A stretch of 56,251 nucleotides of DNA from an uncultured Clostridia bacterium (GCA_944345365.1 CALVMJ010000005.1:1-56251), one strand, 5' to 3'. Shown: positions 39,833 to 50,725, counted from the stretch's first letter. The notes: generated from the letters alone by a model not told the origin. Numbers and translations are program-made.

Positions 39833-42532
39833 TCCACAACAATTTTTGTATTTTTTACCCGAACCACATGGACATAAGTCGTTTCTTTTTGGTTGTTTAC
39901 TTTCATTTATGACCGTTTTTTGAACCTCTATTTTTCCCTTTTTAGGCTTGTCAAACAGGTCTTCTCTTCTCTTAACTGGCGTAAATGTTGGTTTTTTTAT
40001 TGGTTCTGGTTGTTTGACCTCGATATTAATGTTTAAAAGCATCATACAAGTCATTTCTCTTATCTTTTCAATCATCTCGTCAAACATTGCGTAACTTTCT
40101 TTTTTGTAGGCAAGAACTGGATCTTCATTTCCAAATCCTCTTGCAAAGATTTCATTTTTCAGAGTTTGCATGTCGTCTATGTGATTTGTCCAATGAGAAT
40201 CAACAATTCTAAGCATAACAAGCCTTTCAACTTTTTCAAAGTCTATCCCCATTTTTTGTGCCTCTTCTATTTTTTCTTGATATCTTCTATCAACATAAGA
40301 AAGCACTTTTTCTTCGACTTCTGAAACATCACACCCTTCAACAAAAGCCTCTGTTACAAGATTTTTTTCTTTTTCAACAAGTCCTCTTTCCAAGGCGTTG
40401 TTTAGCGGGGATAAATCCCATTCATAGTAAGGTTTGTCGTCTGACAAATTTTCCCTTACAACCTTAGACACAACAGCTGGAAACATTCCAACGATTTGCT
40501 CGTGGATAGGCATTCCATCTAAAACTTTGTTTCTTTGCTCATAGATCACCGTTCTTTGAGTGTTCATAACATCGTCAAATTTAAGAACTGTTTTTCTTAT
40601 AGAAAAGTTTTGAATTTCAATCTTTTTCTGAGCGCTTGTTATTTGTTTGGAGAGAATTTTTAATTGTATAGGGGTAGATTCATCAAGTCTGAAAATCATT
40701 GCGATTTTCTTCATTTTATCTCCACCGAATCTTCTTATTAAATCGTCTTCTAGCGACAAGAAGAAAACGCTTGAACCAGGGTCTCCCTGCCTTCCAGCAC
40801 GACCTCGAAGCTGATTATCAATCCTCCTTGACTCATGCCTTTCTGTTCCAATTATGTGAAGACCTCCAAGAGCAACGACTTCTTTCTTTTCCTTGTCTGT
40901 TTCTTGTTTTATCTGGGAAAGGAGTTCGTTATACCTTTTTCTGGCTTTGTTAAGTTCTTCGTCATTTGAGTTATAGAAAGCTGTTGCATAGGAAATCTGT
41001 TCTTCAGTAAAGTTTTCATCGCTCATTTTCTTCTTTGCCAAGAACTCTGGATTTCCACCAAGTAAAATGTCAGTTCCTCTTCCTGCCATATTGGTTGCAA
41101 TTGTTACAGCTCCCTTTCTTCCAGCCTGTGCAACTATTGCACTTTCCTGTTCGTGATTTTTCGCATTTAGCACAATATGCTTTATTTTCTCTCTTTTAAG
41201 TGCCCTTGAAAGTTCTTCAGATTTTTCAATGGTTATTGTTCCGACTAGCACCGGTCGTCCTGTTTGATTAAGCCTTTTTATTTCTTCTGTTACAGCCTTG
41301 ATCTTTCCGTTATATGTTGTGTAGATAATATCTGGCTCGTCCTGACGCTTGTTTGGAAGATTTGGCGGAATTGTTACAACATCAAGGTTGTAAATCGTTC
41401 TAAACTCACCCTCCTCGGTCTTTGCAGTTCCTGTCATACCGGAGAGTTTTTTGTATAGCCTAAAATAGTTTTGGAAGGTTATGGTTGCAAGAGTTTTGTT
41501 TTCATCTTTAATTTCAACACCTTCTTTTGCCTCTATTGCTTGATGAAGTCCGTCGTTAAATCTTCTTCCCGGCATAAGTCTTCCTGTAAACTCATCGACA
41601 ATTATAACTTCGCCGTCCTTTACGATGTAGTTTTCGTCTTTGAACATAACAAAATTAGCTTTCATCGCATTGTTAATATAGTGATTTAGTTCTATGTTTT
41701 GAATATCGGAAAGAACATCGACACCATAAAATCTTTCGGCCTTCTCCACACCCTTTTCAGTAAGATTTATGGCCTTTGTTTTTTCGTCCATTTCAAAATC
41801 TACATCTTTTTTCATGGTTCTTGCAAGCTTGTTTGCTTTAACATAATCATCACTCGACTTTCCGCCCTGTCCCGAAATAATAAGAGGCGTTCTTGCTTCG
41901 TCAATTAAAATACTGTCAACTTCGTCAACTATTGCAAAATTTTGTCCTCTTTGCATCCTTCTGTCGGCTGATATGGCCATATTATCTCTTAAATAGTCAA
42001 ATCCAAGTTCGTTGTTCGTGCAATAACAAATGTCTGCAAGATAGGAGTTTCTCTTAACATTTTCTGGCATTCCCGACACAATAACTCCAACCGTTAAGCC
42101 AAGAAATTTATAAACCTTTCCCATCCACTCGGCATCACGCCTTGCAAGATATTCGTTGACAGTAACAATGTGAACACCTTTCCCACTTAATGCATTTAAA
42201 TATGCCGGCAAAGTTGCGACCAAAGTTTTACCTTCACCCGTTTTCATTTCGGCAATTCTGCCTTGATGTAAAGCAATTCCGCCCAAAATTTGAACATAAA
42301 AGTGCTTCATATTCAAAACTCTCCATGCAGATTCCCTACAAACAGCAAAAGCTTCGGGCAAAATATCGTTTAATGTTTTTCCGTTTAAAAGTTCTTGCTT
42401 TAAAATGCCCGTCTGTGCTTTTAATTCTTCATCAGACATAGTTGAATACTTATTTTCAAGTGCAATAACCTTGTCTGCAATTTTTTTAAGTTTTTTTACC
42501 TGTGAATTGTTTTCGCTTCCAAAAAGTCCCAT
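39821..42532 (-). CDS. secA: Preprotein translocase ATPase SecA
   Basis: MKTGEGKT, IVDEVDSILIDEARTPLIISG, QLRGRAGRQGDPG, C-terminal CPCGSGKKYKNCC. Confidence 0.98.
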   Translation of the reverse strand: MGLFGSENNSQVKKLKKIADKVIALENKYSTMSDEELKAQTGILKQELLNGKTLNDILPEAFAVCRESAWRVLNMKHFYVQILGGIALHQGRIAEMKTGEGKTLVATLPAYLNALSGKGVHIVTVNEYLARRDAEWMGKVYKFLGLTVGVIVSGMPENVKRNSYLADICYCTNNELGFDYLRDNMAISADRRMQRGQNFAIVDEVDSILIDEARTPLIISGQGGKSSDDYVKANKLARTMKKDVDFEMDEKTKAINLTEKGVEKAERFYGVDVLSDIQNIELNHYINNAMKANFVMFKDENYIVKDGEVIIVDEFTGRLMPGRRFNDGLHQAIEAKEGVEIKDENKTLATITFQNYFRLYKKLSGMTGTAKTEEGEFRTIYNLDVVTIPPNLPNKRQDEPDIIYTTYNGKIKAVTEEIKRLNQTGRPVLVGTITIEKSEELSRALKREKIKHIVLNAKNHEQESAIVAQAGRKGAVTIATNMAGRGTDILLGGNPEFLAKKKMSDENFTEEQISYATAFYNSNDEELNKARKRYNELLSQIKQETDKEKKEVVALGGLHIIGTERHESRRIDNQLRGRAGRQGDPGSSVFFLSLEDDLIRRFGGDKMKKIAMIFRLDESTPIQLKILSKQITSAQKKIEIQNFSIRKTVLKFDDVMNTQRTVIYEQRNKVLDGMPIHEQIVGMFPAVVSKVVRENLSDDKPYYEWDLSPLNNALERGLVEKEKNLVTEAFVEGCDVSEVEEKVLSYVDRRYQEKIEEAQKMGIDFEKVERLVMLRIVDSHWTNHIDDMQTLKNEIFARGFGNEDPVLAYKKESYAMFDEMIEKIREMTCMMLLNINIEVKQPEPIKKPTFTPVKRREDLFDKPKKGKIEVQKTVINESKQPKRNDLCPCGSGKKYKNCCGKND

Positions 42533-42859
42533 TTTGATCTCCTAATGTTTGTATTATTACATAAATGTGTGCAAAAAATCAAGCATTTTTTGTTTGGATA
42601 CACTACAAGTTGTGTATAGCTTCAAGTTAATAATAAAATTCAACATTTTTCACGAAATTATTTGCTGATTATTTTTTTTATTTATTAGCTCTTCATAAAA
42701 AAATCAATCTATAAAAAAACAATTTTTTAAAAATTTCTTACAAAAAAACTTTGACTTTTTTTTACAAAAAGACTTTTGTAATGTCTTTCGTAATCTTTTT
42801 CAACGAAACCCCTTTTGACCTTAGCATTTTAAAATATATTTTAAATATTATTATTACCA

Positions 42860-42888
42860 TTGACAAAACATCTTTTTAATGGTATCAT
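42860..42888 (+). promoter_or_regulatory. Sigma-A promoter of the 1855-aa orphan
   Basis: TTGACA-N17-TATCAT with extended TG. Confidence 0.7.
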
Positions 42889-42926
42889 AATATCGTAAAA
42901 TTCTACAAAAATACAAATGGAGGATT

Positions 42927-45900
42927 ATGAGTGAGAAGACTTTGTTGGAAATGCAACAAGAATTACAAAGAATAATAAAAGGACAAGAGGTGTCGGAAAG
43001 AGTTAAAAATGCACAAAAAAGAGAAAATATCCTTAAAAAAGCCGGAGCTTCTCTTGCCTTACCCGCCACGGCTATGGCAATGTTCGGTGCTGGTGGGCAT
43101 GCGTATCAACAAAAAAACTATATAAGCGAAGTTAATGAAACACCACCTCCCATCGTCTATGAAATTGAAGATCAAGAAACTTTAAACCGTCTTAGTGACT
43201 CCTATTCCCCATACAATTTCATTAAATATAAAGACACTCAGGTAGAAGACGAGCCAATTAACTCAATTAAAAATGTTCTTTCAAAAGACTCTACTTTTAA
43301 TGGTTATGGCAGAGCAAACACTCCTGGACTAAGCGCAGAGGAAAGAAACCTAATAAACGAAAAATTGTCTGACGCAAAAAATTATTTCAATGATCAAAAT
43401 AAAAAGATTCTTGAAGACAACAAAAAAAATGTTCAAGTTAAACAAACACAAAAAAAGGAGAAAGCAATGGACAACAATAATCCTATTAATGATTACAAAA
43501 ACAACATCAATACTTTACTTGGTATAACCTTGATGAAAGCATATCAAGAAAACGCAGCAGAAAAATACAAAAGTGACACATTACAAAACACCGTTCCAGC
43601 TAGCAATTGGCTCCCAGGAAAAACTGATTCAAAAGTTGCTTCTTCAATTACTGCAACAAAAATAAGCGAAATTCCAAAAAGTGATCAAGTGGAATACGAA
43701 ATTATTGAACCACCTTCAACAGAATTTAATTCATCTCAAAATAAAATGGAAGATATTTCCAGCTTTGTTAAGATTAAAAAATCATTTGATAAAAAAGGCA
43801 TCACACATTATGACATTAAACCCAAAAAAGAAGTTCCTCCTATTCTAAAACAGTTTGGGACAAGCTTAAAAAATGCTTCCCAATCAATTGCGAGGGGAAT
43901 TAGTCAAGTCGCAGGAGCAACATTAGAAACTGCAAAACGAGGCGCTCAGGCAGCCGTTTCAGTAGTTCAAAAAGGTGCCGAAAAAGCTATTGATACTGCA
44001 GGCACCATTGCGGAAGGCGCTGTCAATATAGCCGAAAATGTTGTTGACGGAGTAGTCGATATTGGAAAGGAGACAGTAAATATTGCAGGTGATGTCGCAA
44101 GAGAGGTTGTTGGAACTGCCGGCGATGTCGCAAGAGAGGCTGCTAGAGCCGGAGGGCGTGTCGTTGATGGAGCAGTAAACATCGCCGAAAACACTGCTAA
44201 AACAGCTGGACGTATTGTAGAAGGCGCTGCAAACACTGGATATGCAATTCTTAAAAATGCCTCAGATGGAATGTTATACGGTGCAAAAGGAGCTGTTGAT
44301 ATACTAAAAGATATTTCAGGAAATTATCAACAAAGACTTAATGTAAGAAACTATTATGCAGAACAAAGGGAAACTGATATAGTTAGACAACAACAGTATA
44401 GAAAAAATATTAGAAGTGAGTCTAGGGCTTTTACTAAAGCTGAGGTAGAAAAAAGAAAAACTGATGATAATCAAACAAAAAATACAATCAATATAATTAA
44501 TGCAGAAGCAGAGGCAAACGCCAAAGCTCATGAACAAGCAAGGTTAACCAGCCAGCAAAAAAGAGAAGATGCCGTTGCTGTAATAAAAGCAAATGAAGAA
44601 AGCAAAGAAGCATTAATATCAGCACGAGTTCAAGCAGAAAATGAAAGTCTTAATAATAAAATTATTTATGCTCAAAGATTATCTGATGTTAAACTTGATC
44701 ATCAACAAAAAAGAAATGAGAATAAATTGACTGCTGAAGCTTTACATGCTCAACTTAATTTAATTCAAAATATGTTGAATGCCTCAATCAATGTAAAGGA
44801 AAGACAAGCCTTTAATCAGTCAGAAGTAGAAAAACAAAAAGCTCTTGCTGATATTGAAATAAATAAAGCCAGAGAACTTGCTAATATAGAAATTGAAAAA
44901 CAAGAAAAATTAACACAGCTTAACGAGCCTCTCGTAAAAAACAAAATGGAAGTTAAACCTGCAAAAGATCCTATGTTTATAAATCTTCAATTATTTGCGG
45001 GTGACTCTGATGAAGTGGACAATAAAGATGATGATGATACTTCACTTGACGGATTCGACAAAGATTTTCTTTCAGCCAGAGAGCTTGCAAGAAAGTTAAT
45101 TAGAAAAGAGAGTTTGTTTAATCAACTTAAAGAGGACTCAGAAAATCTTGGGGTATCCTTTACTTCTGTTTTTAAAACAAAGAAAATAGATGAAAATGGC
45201 AAACCGATGCTGTTTTATCCAAAAACTTATATCTCTTCCAAAATGGGCACAACCCTTTTAAATATCCTCGATGCAGAAAATGGCAATAAGTCAATTTTGT
45301 CATTGATAGACAATGGTAAAGAAACACCTTTTATCAACATTGACAAATCTATTTTGTCAAAAGAATTAATTGAAGCATTTAATGAGAAAGGCTTTGAGTC
45401 AAAAGATGAACACATAACTATTCCTGTTGAATCTTGCATGAGGACAAACAGCAAGGTGATTAAATTTAAAATTCAGGGCTCAAATCTTGCTGTTAATATT
45501 GACGCAAAAAATATTTACTTTACACTAACAGATAACGAAAACAAGGTTACTCATGTTCATCAGCCAGCAAAAGATTCTGTTTTTGACTTCCAAATAAATC
45601 CTGAGCTTGTAAGAAAAACTTTGGACAAAGACGACAAAACCTATTTCTTTATGGATAAGAATGAAAAACCTTTTTCTAAAAATACAAGTCTTGTAGCAAA
45701 TCTCGACCCAAAAGAACTCCTGGCATTAGCAAAAACAGCTCCTGAAAAAGAAGGGGTTAGAATATTTAATGAAGGTGGGGTTCCAAGCATATTCTACACC
45801 ACAATTAAGGATAGAGACAAAAAAGATCAAGAAGTGCTTATTTTAAAAATTTCAGAAGATGAAAATTATGTTTTTGGAAATTTTGGAAATGACAAAACAA

Positions 45901-48494
45901 AAGATTTATGTTATTTCAGAAAAGTTGACTCTGTTTCCCTTATTGGTAGAGATGAGACAAAGGAAAACAAGACCTACGATTGTGGCTTGGTTTTTAACTC
46001 TGAATTAAGAACTCCTTTGGAAATTCACACCAACATTTATAACAAAGAAGGTTCAAAGAAGGATCCTAACGACCTTACAATTGCCGAAGCAAAAGTCAAT
46101 AACAAGGTACTAAAAGAAATTGTAAAATTCGTTAAGCAAGAAACATATGATGGGGTTACTCACACTGATATTGATGACTTTACCTTTTCCGAAACAAATG
46201 AAATAGTAACAAATAAATTTGACTCATCAAACAATTACACCGATTTCTTTACAAGACCAGATAAAGGTAGAGAGTTTGTCATTGATATACCAGAAAAAGA
46301 AAGCGATAAAGAAGAACCAACAGATGAAACTCCTGAAGAAATCAAAGAACCAACAAACCTTGTTGTAGATAACAATATCGAAGGGTTCGACAAGGATTTC
46401 TTGTCAAACAGAGTGCTTGAAAGAATGGAGCTAAACGATAAAAATCTTTTCGAAAAAATTAGCATTAATGAAAAGCTTGGCATTAGTTATTCTACAATAT
46501 TTAGAACACTTAAAAAAGACGAAAATGATAATCAGATCGAATTTGAACAAAACACATATATATCAAACAATATGGGCTCTGCTCTTTTAAATGTTTTGGA
46601 TCCTAAAAATGAAAACAAAAAAATTTTGTCTTTAAGTGAAGACAAAGAAAAGACCCCTTATATTACTGTGGACAAGTCCGTTCTTTCAGCTGAGTTAATA
46701 AAGCTGTTTGAAGATAAAAATTTTGCCTCAACAGAAGAAAGCATAGAAATTCCTGTTGAAACTTGCATTAGGACAAACAGTAAGATTATGAGCTTTAAGA
46801 TTGAAGGAACCGATCTTGCTGTCAATGTTGACGCAAAAAACATCTACTTCACCCTAACAGACAAGGAAAACAAGGTTACTCATGTTCATCAGCCAGCACA
46901 AGATTCTGTTTTTGACTTCCAGTTAAATCCAGAGTTTATGGCAAAAACACTTGATCAAGAAAATAATAAATACTTGTTCCTTGATCATAAAGGAAATTCC
47001 TATTTGGATAACAAAGACTTGATTCTTGACCTTGATCCAAAAGAGCTTCTTGCACTTGCTATGTCTGAAAAAGATGTTGAAGGAGTGAGAATTTTTAACA
47101 ACGGAAAATTCCCTAGCATTCTTTACACAACCATAACTAACACAAATAACGAAGAACAAAAAATTTTGATTGTAAAAACGGGCGAAGATGAAAATTTTGT
47201 TTATGGAAACTTTGGTCTAGACGAAAACAAGGATTCGTGTGCATTTAAAAAAGTTGATTCCATTTCGTTAGTTGGAGAGGAATTTAACTCTGAAAACAAA
47301 AATTATAATTGTGGATTGGTCTTTAATTCCGAAGATAAACCTCTTATAATTGACACTCAAATTGCAAGCAATCAAATCGGCAAAGATAGGGAAAACGACT
47401 TGCAATACGACCAAATCAAAGCAAACTATGATAAATTAGAATTAATAAAAAGTTATATTAAAGAATCTAACGACCAAATTGCAACGGAAGAAAATTCTGA
47501 TCCTAATGAAATAAGGTTTGGAAAGCTTAACTTTGCTAACATTAACACAGATTCAATTGAATCTTTTAACTCTTCTCTTAACCACACAGAGTATTACACT
47601 AAACCTGATGAAGGAAAGCAAGCCGTTGATGAAATCGCTAAGCCGGAAGTTGAACTACCTAAGCCAGATGTCGACGACCCTTCAAAAGGAGAACCGGAAG
47701 TCAAAGAACCACCTGCTCAACCAAAACCTGAAAAATCGGGAGAAGCGGAAAAGAGCCTCAAAGACACTTGGGGACCTGCTGGATTGCTTTTAATGGCAGT
47801 TGGCGTGATCTTTATGCTTCTAGCGACAATACTAGGCGCTCCATTTGCTTTCATCGGAGTTTCGGCATTAGTAGTTGGTGCAGGCGTTAAAGTTGTTTCC
47901 AATGTTAAATTTAGCGACAGCGCCAAACTAAATAAAGCTGTTGATGAACAATTAAAAAAGAAAAAAAGAGAAAAGAAGGAAAACAAAAAGAAACAAAGGC
48001 TTCGTGAGAGATTAAATATTTTTAATCATATTCGCAACTCAAAAAAACTTAAAATACAAGAATCTGAACAAGATAGTGAATCTGAAAATAAAAGAAAAAA
48101 TGGAGATAAACATAAAATTATTACAAATATATCTAATAGTGAGCAAAGTTTTTGGAGCAGATTGTTTAACAGAAAGACATCAAAACTCCCTCCTGAAATT
48201 ATGTTTCCTGAAAACGAAATTTCTGATACTATCCCATCTGTAGAGAATTATTCACCAGCAGGATACGTAGAAATTTCATCAGGAGAATATTCAGAAAATT
48301 TACCAGAGAAATATGCAGAGACAAGAGCACCTGAAGAAACAGCTGATGAAAGCGAAACACAAATGAATTATAACTCAGATGAAATCAAGGTGATAGATGG
48401 GGTTAGAAAAATTTTCAGAAAAGGTAAAAAACCTTTAGATCCCGCAAAAACAGAATATAAATCGTCAGATACTGGTGATGAACGTACCCTTTAG
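42927..48494 (+). CDS. Large multidomain orphan (11-mer amphipathic repeats, coiled coil, duplicated about 410-aa domain, TM hairpin), ending ERTL
   Basis: GGAGG RBS; uninterrupted 1855-codon ORF; internal duplication visible. Confidence 0.85.
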   Translation: MSEKTLLEMQQELQRIIKGQEVSERVKNAQKRENILKKAGASLALPATAMAMFGAGGHAYQQKNYISEVNETPPPIVYEIEDQETLNRLSDSYSPYNFIKYKDTQVEDEPINSIKNVLSKDSTFNGYGRANTPGLSAEERNLINEKLSDAKNYFNDQNKKILEDNKKNVQVKQTQKKEKAMDNNNPINDYKNNINTLLGITLMKAYQENAAEKYKSDTLQNTVPASNWLPGKTDSKVASSITATKISEIPKSDQVEYEIIEPPSTEFNSSQNKMEDISSFVKIKKSFDKKGITHYDIKPKKEVPPILKQFGTSLKNASQSIARGISQVAGATLETAKRGAQAAVSVVQKGAEKAIDTAGTIAEGAVNIAENVVDGVVDIGKETVNIAGDVAREVVGTAGDVAREAARAGGRVVDGAVNIAENTAKTAGRIVEGAANTGYAILKNASDGMLYGAKGAVDILKDISGNYQQRLNVRNYYAEQRETDIVRQQQYRKNIRSESRAFTKAEVEKRKTDDNQTKNTINIINAEAEANAKAHEQARLTSQQKREDAVAVIKANEESKEALISARVQAENESLNNKIIYAQRLSDVKLDHQQKRNENKLTAEALHAQLNLIQNMLNASINVKERQAFNQSEVEKQKALADIEINKARELANIEIEKQEKLTQLNEPLVKNKMEVKPAKDPMFINLQLFAGDSDEVDNKDDDDTSLDGFDKDFLSARELARKLIRKESLFNQLKEDSENLGVSFTSVFKTKKIDENGKPMLFYPKTYISSKMGTTLLNILDAENGNKSILSLIDNGKETPFINIDKSILSKELIEAFNEKGFESKDEHITIPVESCMRTNSKVIKFKIQGSNLAVNIDAKNIYFTLTDNENKVTHVHQPAKDSVFDFQINPELVRKTLDKDDKTYFFMDKNEKPFSKNTSLVANLDPKELLALAKTAPEKEGVRIFNEGGVPSIFYTTIKDRDKKDQEVLILKISEDENYVFGNFGNDKTKDLCYFRKVDSVSLIGRDETKENKTYDCGLVFNSELRTPLEIHTNIYNKEGSKKDPNDLTIAEAKVNNKVLKEIVKFVKQETYDGVTHTDIDDFTFSETNEIVTNKFDSSNNYTDFFTRPDKGREFVIDIPEKESDKEEPTDETPEEIKEPTNLVVDNNIEGFDKDFLSNRVLERMELNDKNLFEKISINEKLGISYSTIFRTLKKDENDNQIEFEQNTYISNNMGSALLNVLDPKNENKKILSLSEDKEKTPYITVDKSVLSAELIKLFEDKNFASTEESIEIPVETCIRTNSKIMSFKIEGTDLAVNVDAKNIYFTLTDKENKVTHVHQPAQDSVFDFQLNPEFMAKTLDQENNKYLFLDHKGNSYLDNKDLILDLDPKELLALAMSEKDVEGVRIFNNGKFPSILYTTITNTNNEEQKILIVKTGEDENFVYGNFGLDENKDSCAFKKVDSISLVGEEFNSENKNYNCGLVFNSEDKPLIIDTQIASNQIGKDRENDLQYDQIKANYDKLELIKSYIKESNDQIATEENSDPNEIRFGKLNFANINTDSIESFNSSLNHTEYYTKPDEGKQAVDEIAKPEVELPKPDVDDPSKGEPEVKEPPAQPKPEKSGEAEKSLKDTWGPAGLLLMAVGVIFMLLATILGAPFAFIGVSALVVGAGVKVVSNVKFSDSAKLNKAVDEQLKKKKREKKENKKKQRLRERLNIFNHIRNSKKLKIQESEQDSESENKRKNGDKHKIITNISNSEQSFWSRLFNRKTSKLPPEIMFPENEISDTIPSVENYSPAGYVEISSGEYSENLPEKYAETRAPEETADESETQMNYNSDEIKVIDGVRKIFRKGKKPLDPAKTEYKSSDTGDERTL

Positions 48495-48521
48495 AAAATA
48501 ATTAAAAGGAAAATATAAATA

Positions 48522-49613
48522 ATGAAAATAGGTGTAGTTGGCCTACCAAATGTAGGAAAAAGCACTCTCTTTAACGCAATTACAGAGGCTGGTGCTGAAA
48601 GTGCCAACTACCCTTTTTGCACTATTGAGCCAAATGTTGGTATTGTTGATGTTCCCGACAAAAGGCTTACTGAGCTTGGGAAACTTTACAATACGCAAAA
48701 AATTACACCTGCAACCATTGAATTTATGGATATTGCAGGGCTTGTGGCTGGTGCAAGTAAGGGTGAAGGTCTTGGCAATAAATTTTTAAGTCATATTCGC
48801 GAAGTTGATGCAATAGTCCATGTAGTTAGGTGTTTTGAAAACGAGAACATTATTCATGTAAGTGGCTCTGTTGACCCAATTCGCGATATTGAAGTAATCA
48901 ATCTTGAACTTGCTCTTGCAGATTTGGAGCAAGTAACCAAAAAACTTGAAAAAGATTCGAAACTAGTAAAAACCGGAGACAAAACTTTGGCAGAAACTGT
49001 TGCTTTGTTAGAAAAGGTTAAGGCCGTTTTAGAAGAGGGAAAGCCTGCAAGAACACTTTCTTATTCGGAAGAAGAGGAAAAACTTTTGAAAAACTTTTCA
49101 CTTTTAACTGCAAAGCCTGTAATATATGTTGCAAACATAAGTGAAGAAGACATTGAAGCAGAGACAAATGCTCTTGCCGAGAAGGTGAAATCTTTTGCTA
49201 AAAGCGAAAATTCTTCTTGCATTTGTTTGTGTGCTAAGATTGAAGAAGAATTAATCTCCCTCCCACCTGATGAAAGAGAAATATTTAAAGAAGAGCTTAA
49301 AATTAAGCAAAGTGGACTTGAAAAACTTGTAATTGCAAGTTATGACCTGCTTGGACTTATGAGTTTTTTAACAGCAGGGGAAAAAGAAGTCCGCGCTTGG
49401 ACAATTAAAAAAGGAACGAAAGCTCCTCAGGCTGCCGGAAAAATTCACACCGATTTTGAAAAAGGATTTATTAAAGCAGAAATTGTTTCCTACGACGATT
49501 TGATGTCGGCTGGATCATATTTAAAGGCAAGGGAAAGTGGAAAGGTTAGAATTGAAGGAAAAGAATACGTTATCTCTGACGGCGATGTTGTGTTGTTCCG
49601 ATTTAATGTTTAG
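48522..49613 (+). CDS. ychF: Redox-regulated ATPase YchF
   Basis: GLPNVGKSTLFNA, ANYPFCTIEPN, DIAGLV, TGS domain. Confidence 0.97.
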   Translation: MKIGVVGLPNVGKSTLFNAITEAGAESANYPFCTIEPNVGIVDVPDKRLTELGKLYNTQKITPATIEFMDIAGLVAGASKGEGLGNKFLSHIREVDAIVHVVRCFENENIIHVSGSVDPIRDIEVINLELALADLEQVTKKLEKDSKLVKTGDKTLAETVALLEKVKAVLEEGKPARTLSYSEEEEKLLKNFSLLTAKPVIYVANISEEDIEAETNALAEKVKSFAKSENSSCICLCAKIEEELISLPPDEREIFKEELKIKQSGLEKLVIASYDLLGLMSFLTAGEKEVRAWTIKKGTKAPQAAGKIHTDFEKGFIKAEIVSYDDLMSAGSYLKARESGKVRIEGKEYVISDGDVVLFRFNV

Positions 49614-49621
49614 GAGAAAAA

Positions 49622-49987
49622 ATGAAAAATTATTCTATGCTGGAACTTGCTTTTCTTGGAGACTCTGTTCACACTTTGTTTGTGAGAGAAAACATCTTAA
49701 AAAACAGTTGTTTTAAGCTAAATGAAATTCACAAAATGTCCTCTAGGCTTTGCAGTGCAAAATTTCAAAGTTCTGCCCTAGATAAACTTGTTTCCCTGCT
49801 CACAGACGAAGAAAAAGAAATCGTTAGAATGGCAAGAAATTCAAAACCAAAACACAGTGCAAAAAATTCTGACCCAGCCACCTACCACAAAGCCACAGCT
49901 TTTGAAGCTTTAATAGGCTGGCTTTATCTTAATGATAGACAGAGATTGGAATTTATATTAACTTTATCTCTTAATGAAAAGGAGTAG
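49622..49987 (+). CDS. mrnC: Mini-ribonuclease III
   Basis: LAFLGDSV, YHKATAFEALIGWLYL; no dsRBD. Confidence 0.92.
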   Translation: MKNYSMLELAFLGDSVHTLFVRENILKNSCFKLNEIHKMSSRLCSAKFQSSALDKLVSLLTDEEKEIVRMARNSKPKHSAKNSDPATYHKATAFEALIGWLYLNDRQRLEFILTLSLNEKE

Positions 49988-49990
49988 ATT

Positions 49991-50725
49991 ATGCTTATTG
50001 AAGGGAAAAACGCAGTGCGTGAAGCATTGCAATCCGACATTACAATCAATAAAATCTTGGTAGATAAAAACTTTGAACATCGTGCAAACGAAATCATATC
50101 GCTCGCACATAAGCTTAAAATCAAGGTTGACTTTTTGCCAAAACACGTGCTAGACAAAAAATCTTTGACAAATCATCATCAAGGATTTATTGCCGAAGCA
50201 ACTGAGTTTAAGTACTCCTCACTAAATGACTTGCTGGAAAATGCAAATTCTTCAAATACCGCTCCTTTCTTTGTTTTGCTTGACGGCATTGAAGACCCTC
50301 ATAATTTGGGAGCTATTATAAGATCCTGCGAATGTGCTGGCGTCCATGGCATTGTAATTCCAAAAAACAGGGCTTGTCAGATCAACGAGACCGTGATTAG
50401 AACAAGCACCGGGGCAATTGCCAATGTACCTGTTTGTATGGTTACAAACTTAAAAGAAGCTGTTGACTTTTTTAAGGAAAACGATATCTGGACATTTGTG
50501 GCAGAAACAGGTGGAGAAAATATTTATGATAAAAAATTAGATATGCCAATAGCCGTTGTAATCGGATCTGAAGGAAAAGGAGTTAAACAATCTTTGAGGA
50601 GTTATTGTGACGGCATAATAACTCTGCCTTTAATGGGAAAAGTTAATTCACTTAACGCAAGTGTGGCCTGTGCAGTTGTAATTTTTGAAATATTAAGACA
50701 ACGAAAGTTTAAAAGGAAGGATTAA
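49991..50725 (+). CDS. rlmB: 23S rRNA Gm2251 methyltransferase
   Basis: LDGIEDPHNLGAIIRS, GSEGKG, SLNASVA. Confidence 0.94.
   Translation: MLIEGKNAVREALQSDITINKILVDKNFEHRANEIISLAHKLKIKVDFLPKHVLDKKSLTNHHQGFIAEATEFKYSSLNDLLENANSSNTAPFFVLLDGIEDPHNLGAIIRSCECAGVHGIVIPKNRACQINETVIRTSTGAIANVPVCMVTNLKEAVDFFKENDIWTFVAETGGENIYDKKLDMPIAVVIGSEGKGVKQSLRSYCDGIITLPLMGKVNSLNASVACAVVIFEILRQRKFKRKD

Noticed and set aside
42533-42926. oriC at the strand switch between secA and the large orphan
   Set aside because: AT-rich but no TTATCCACA cluster and no dnaA/dnaN; explained as a divergent promoter region.
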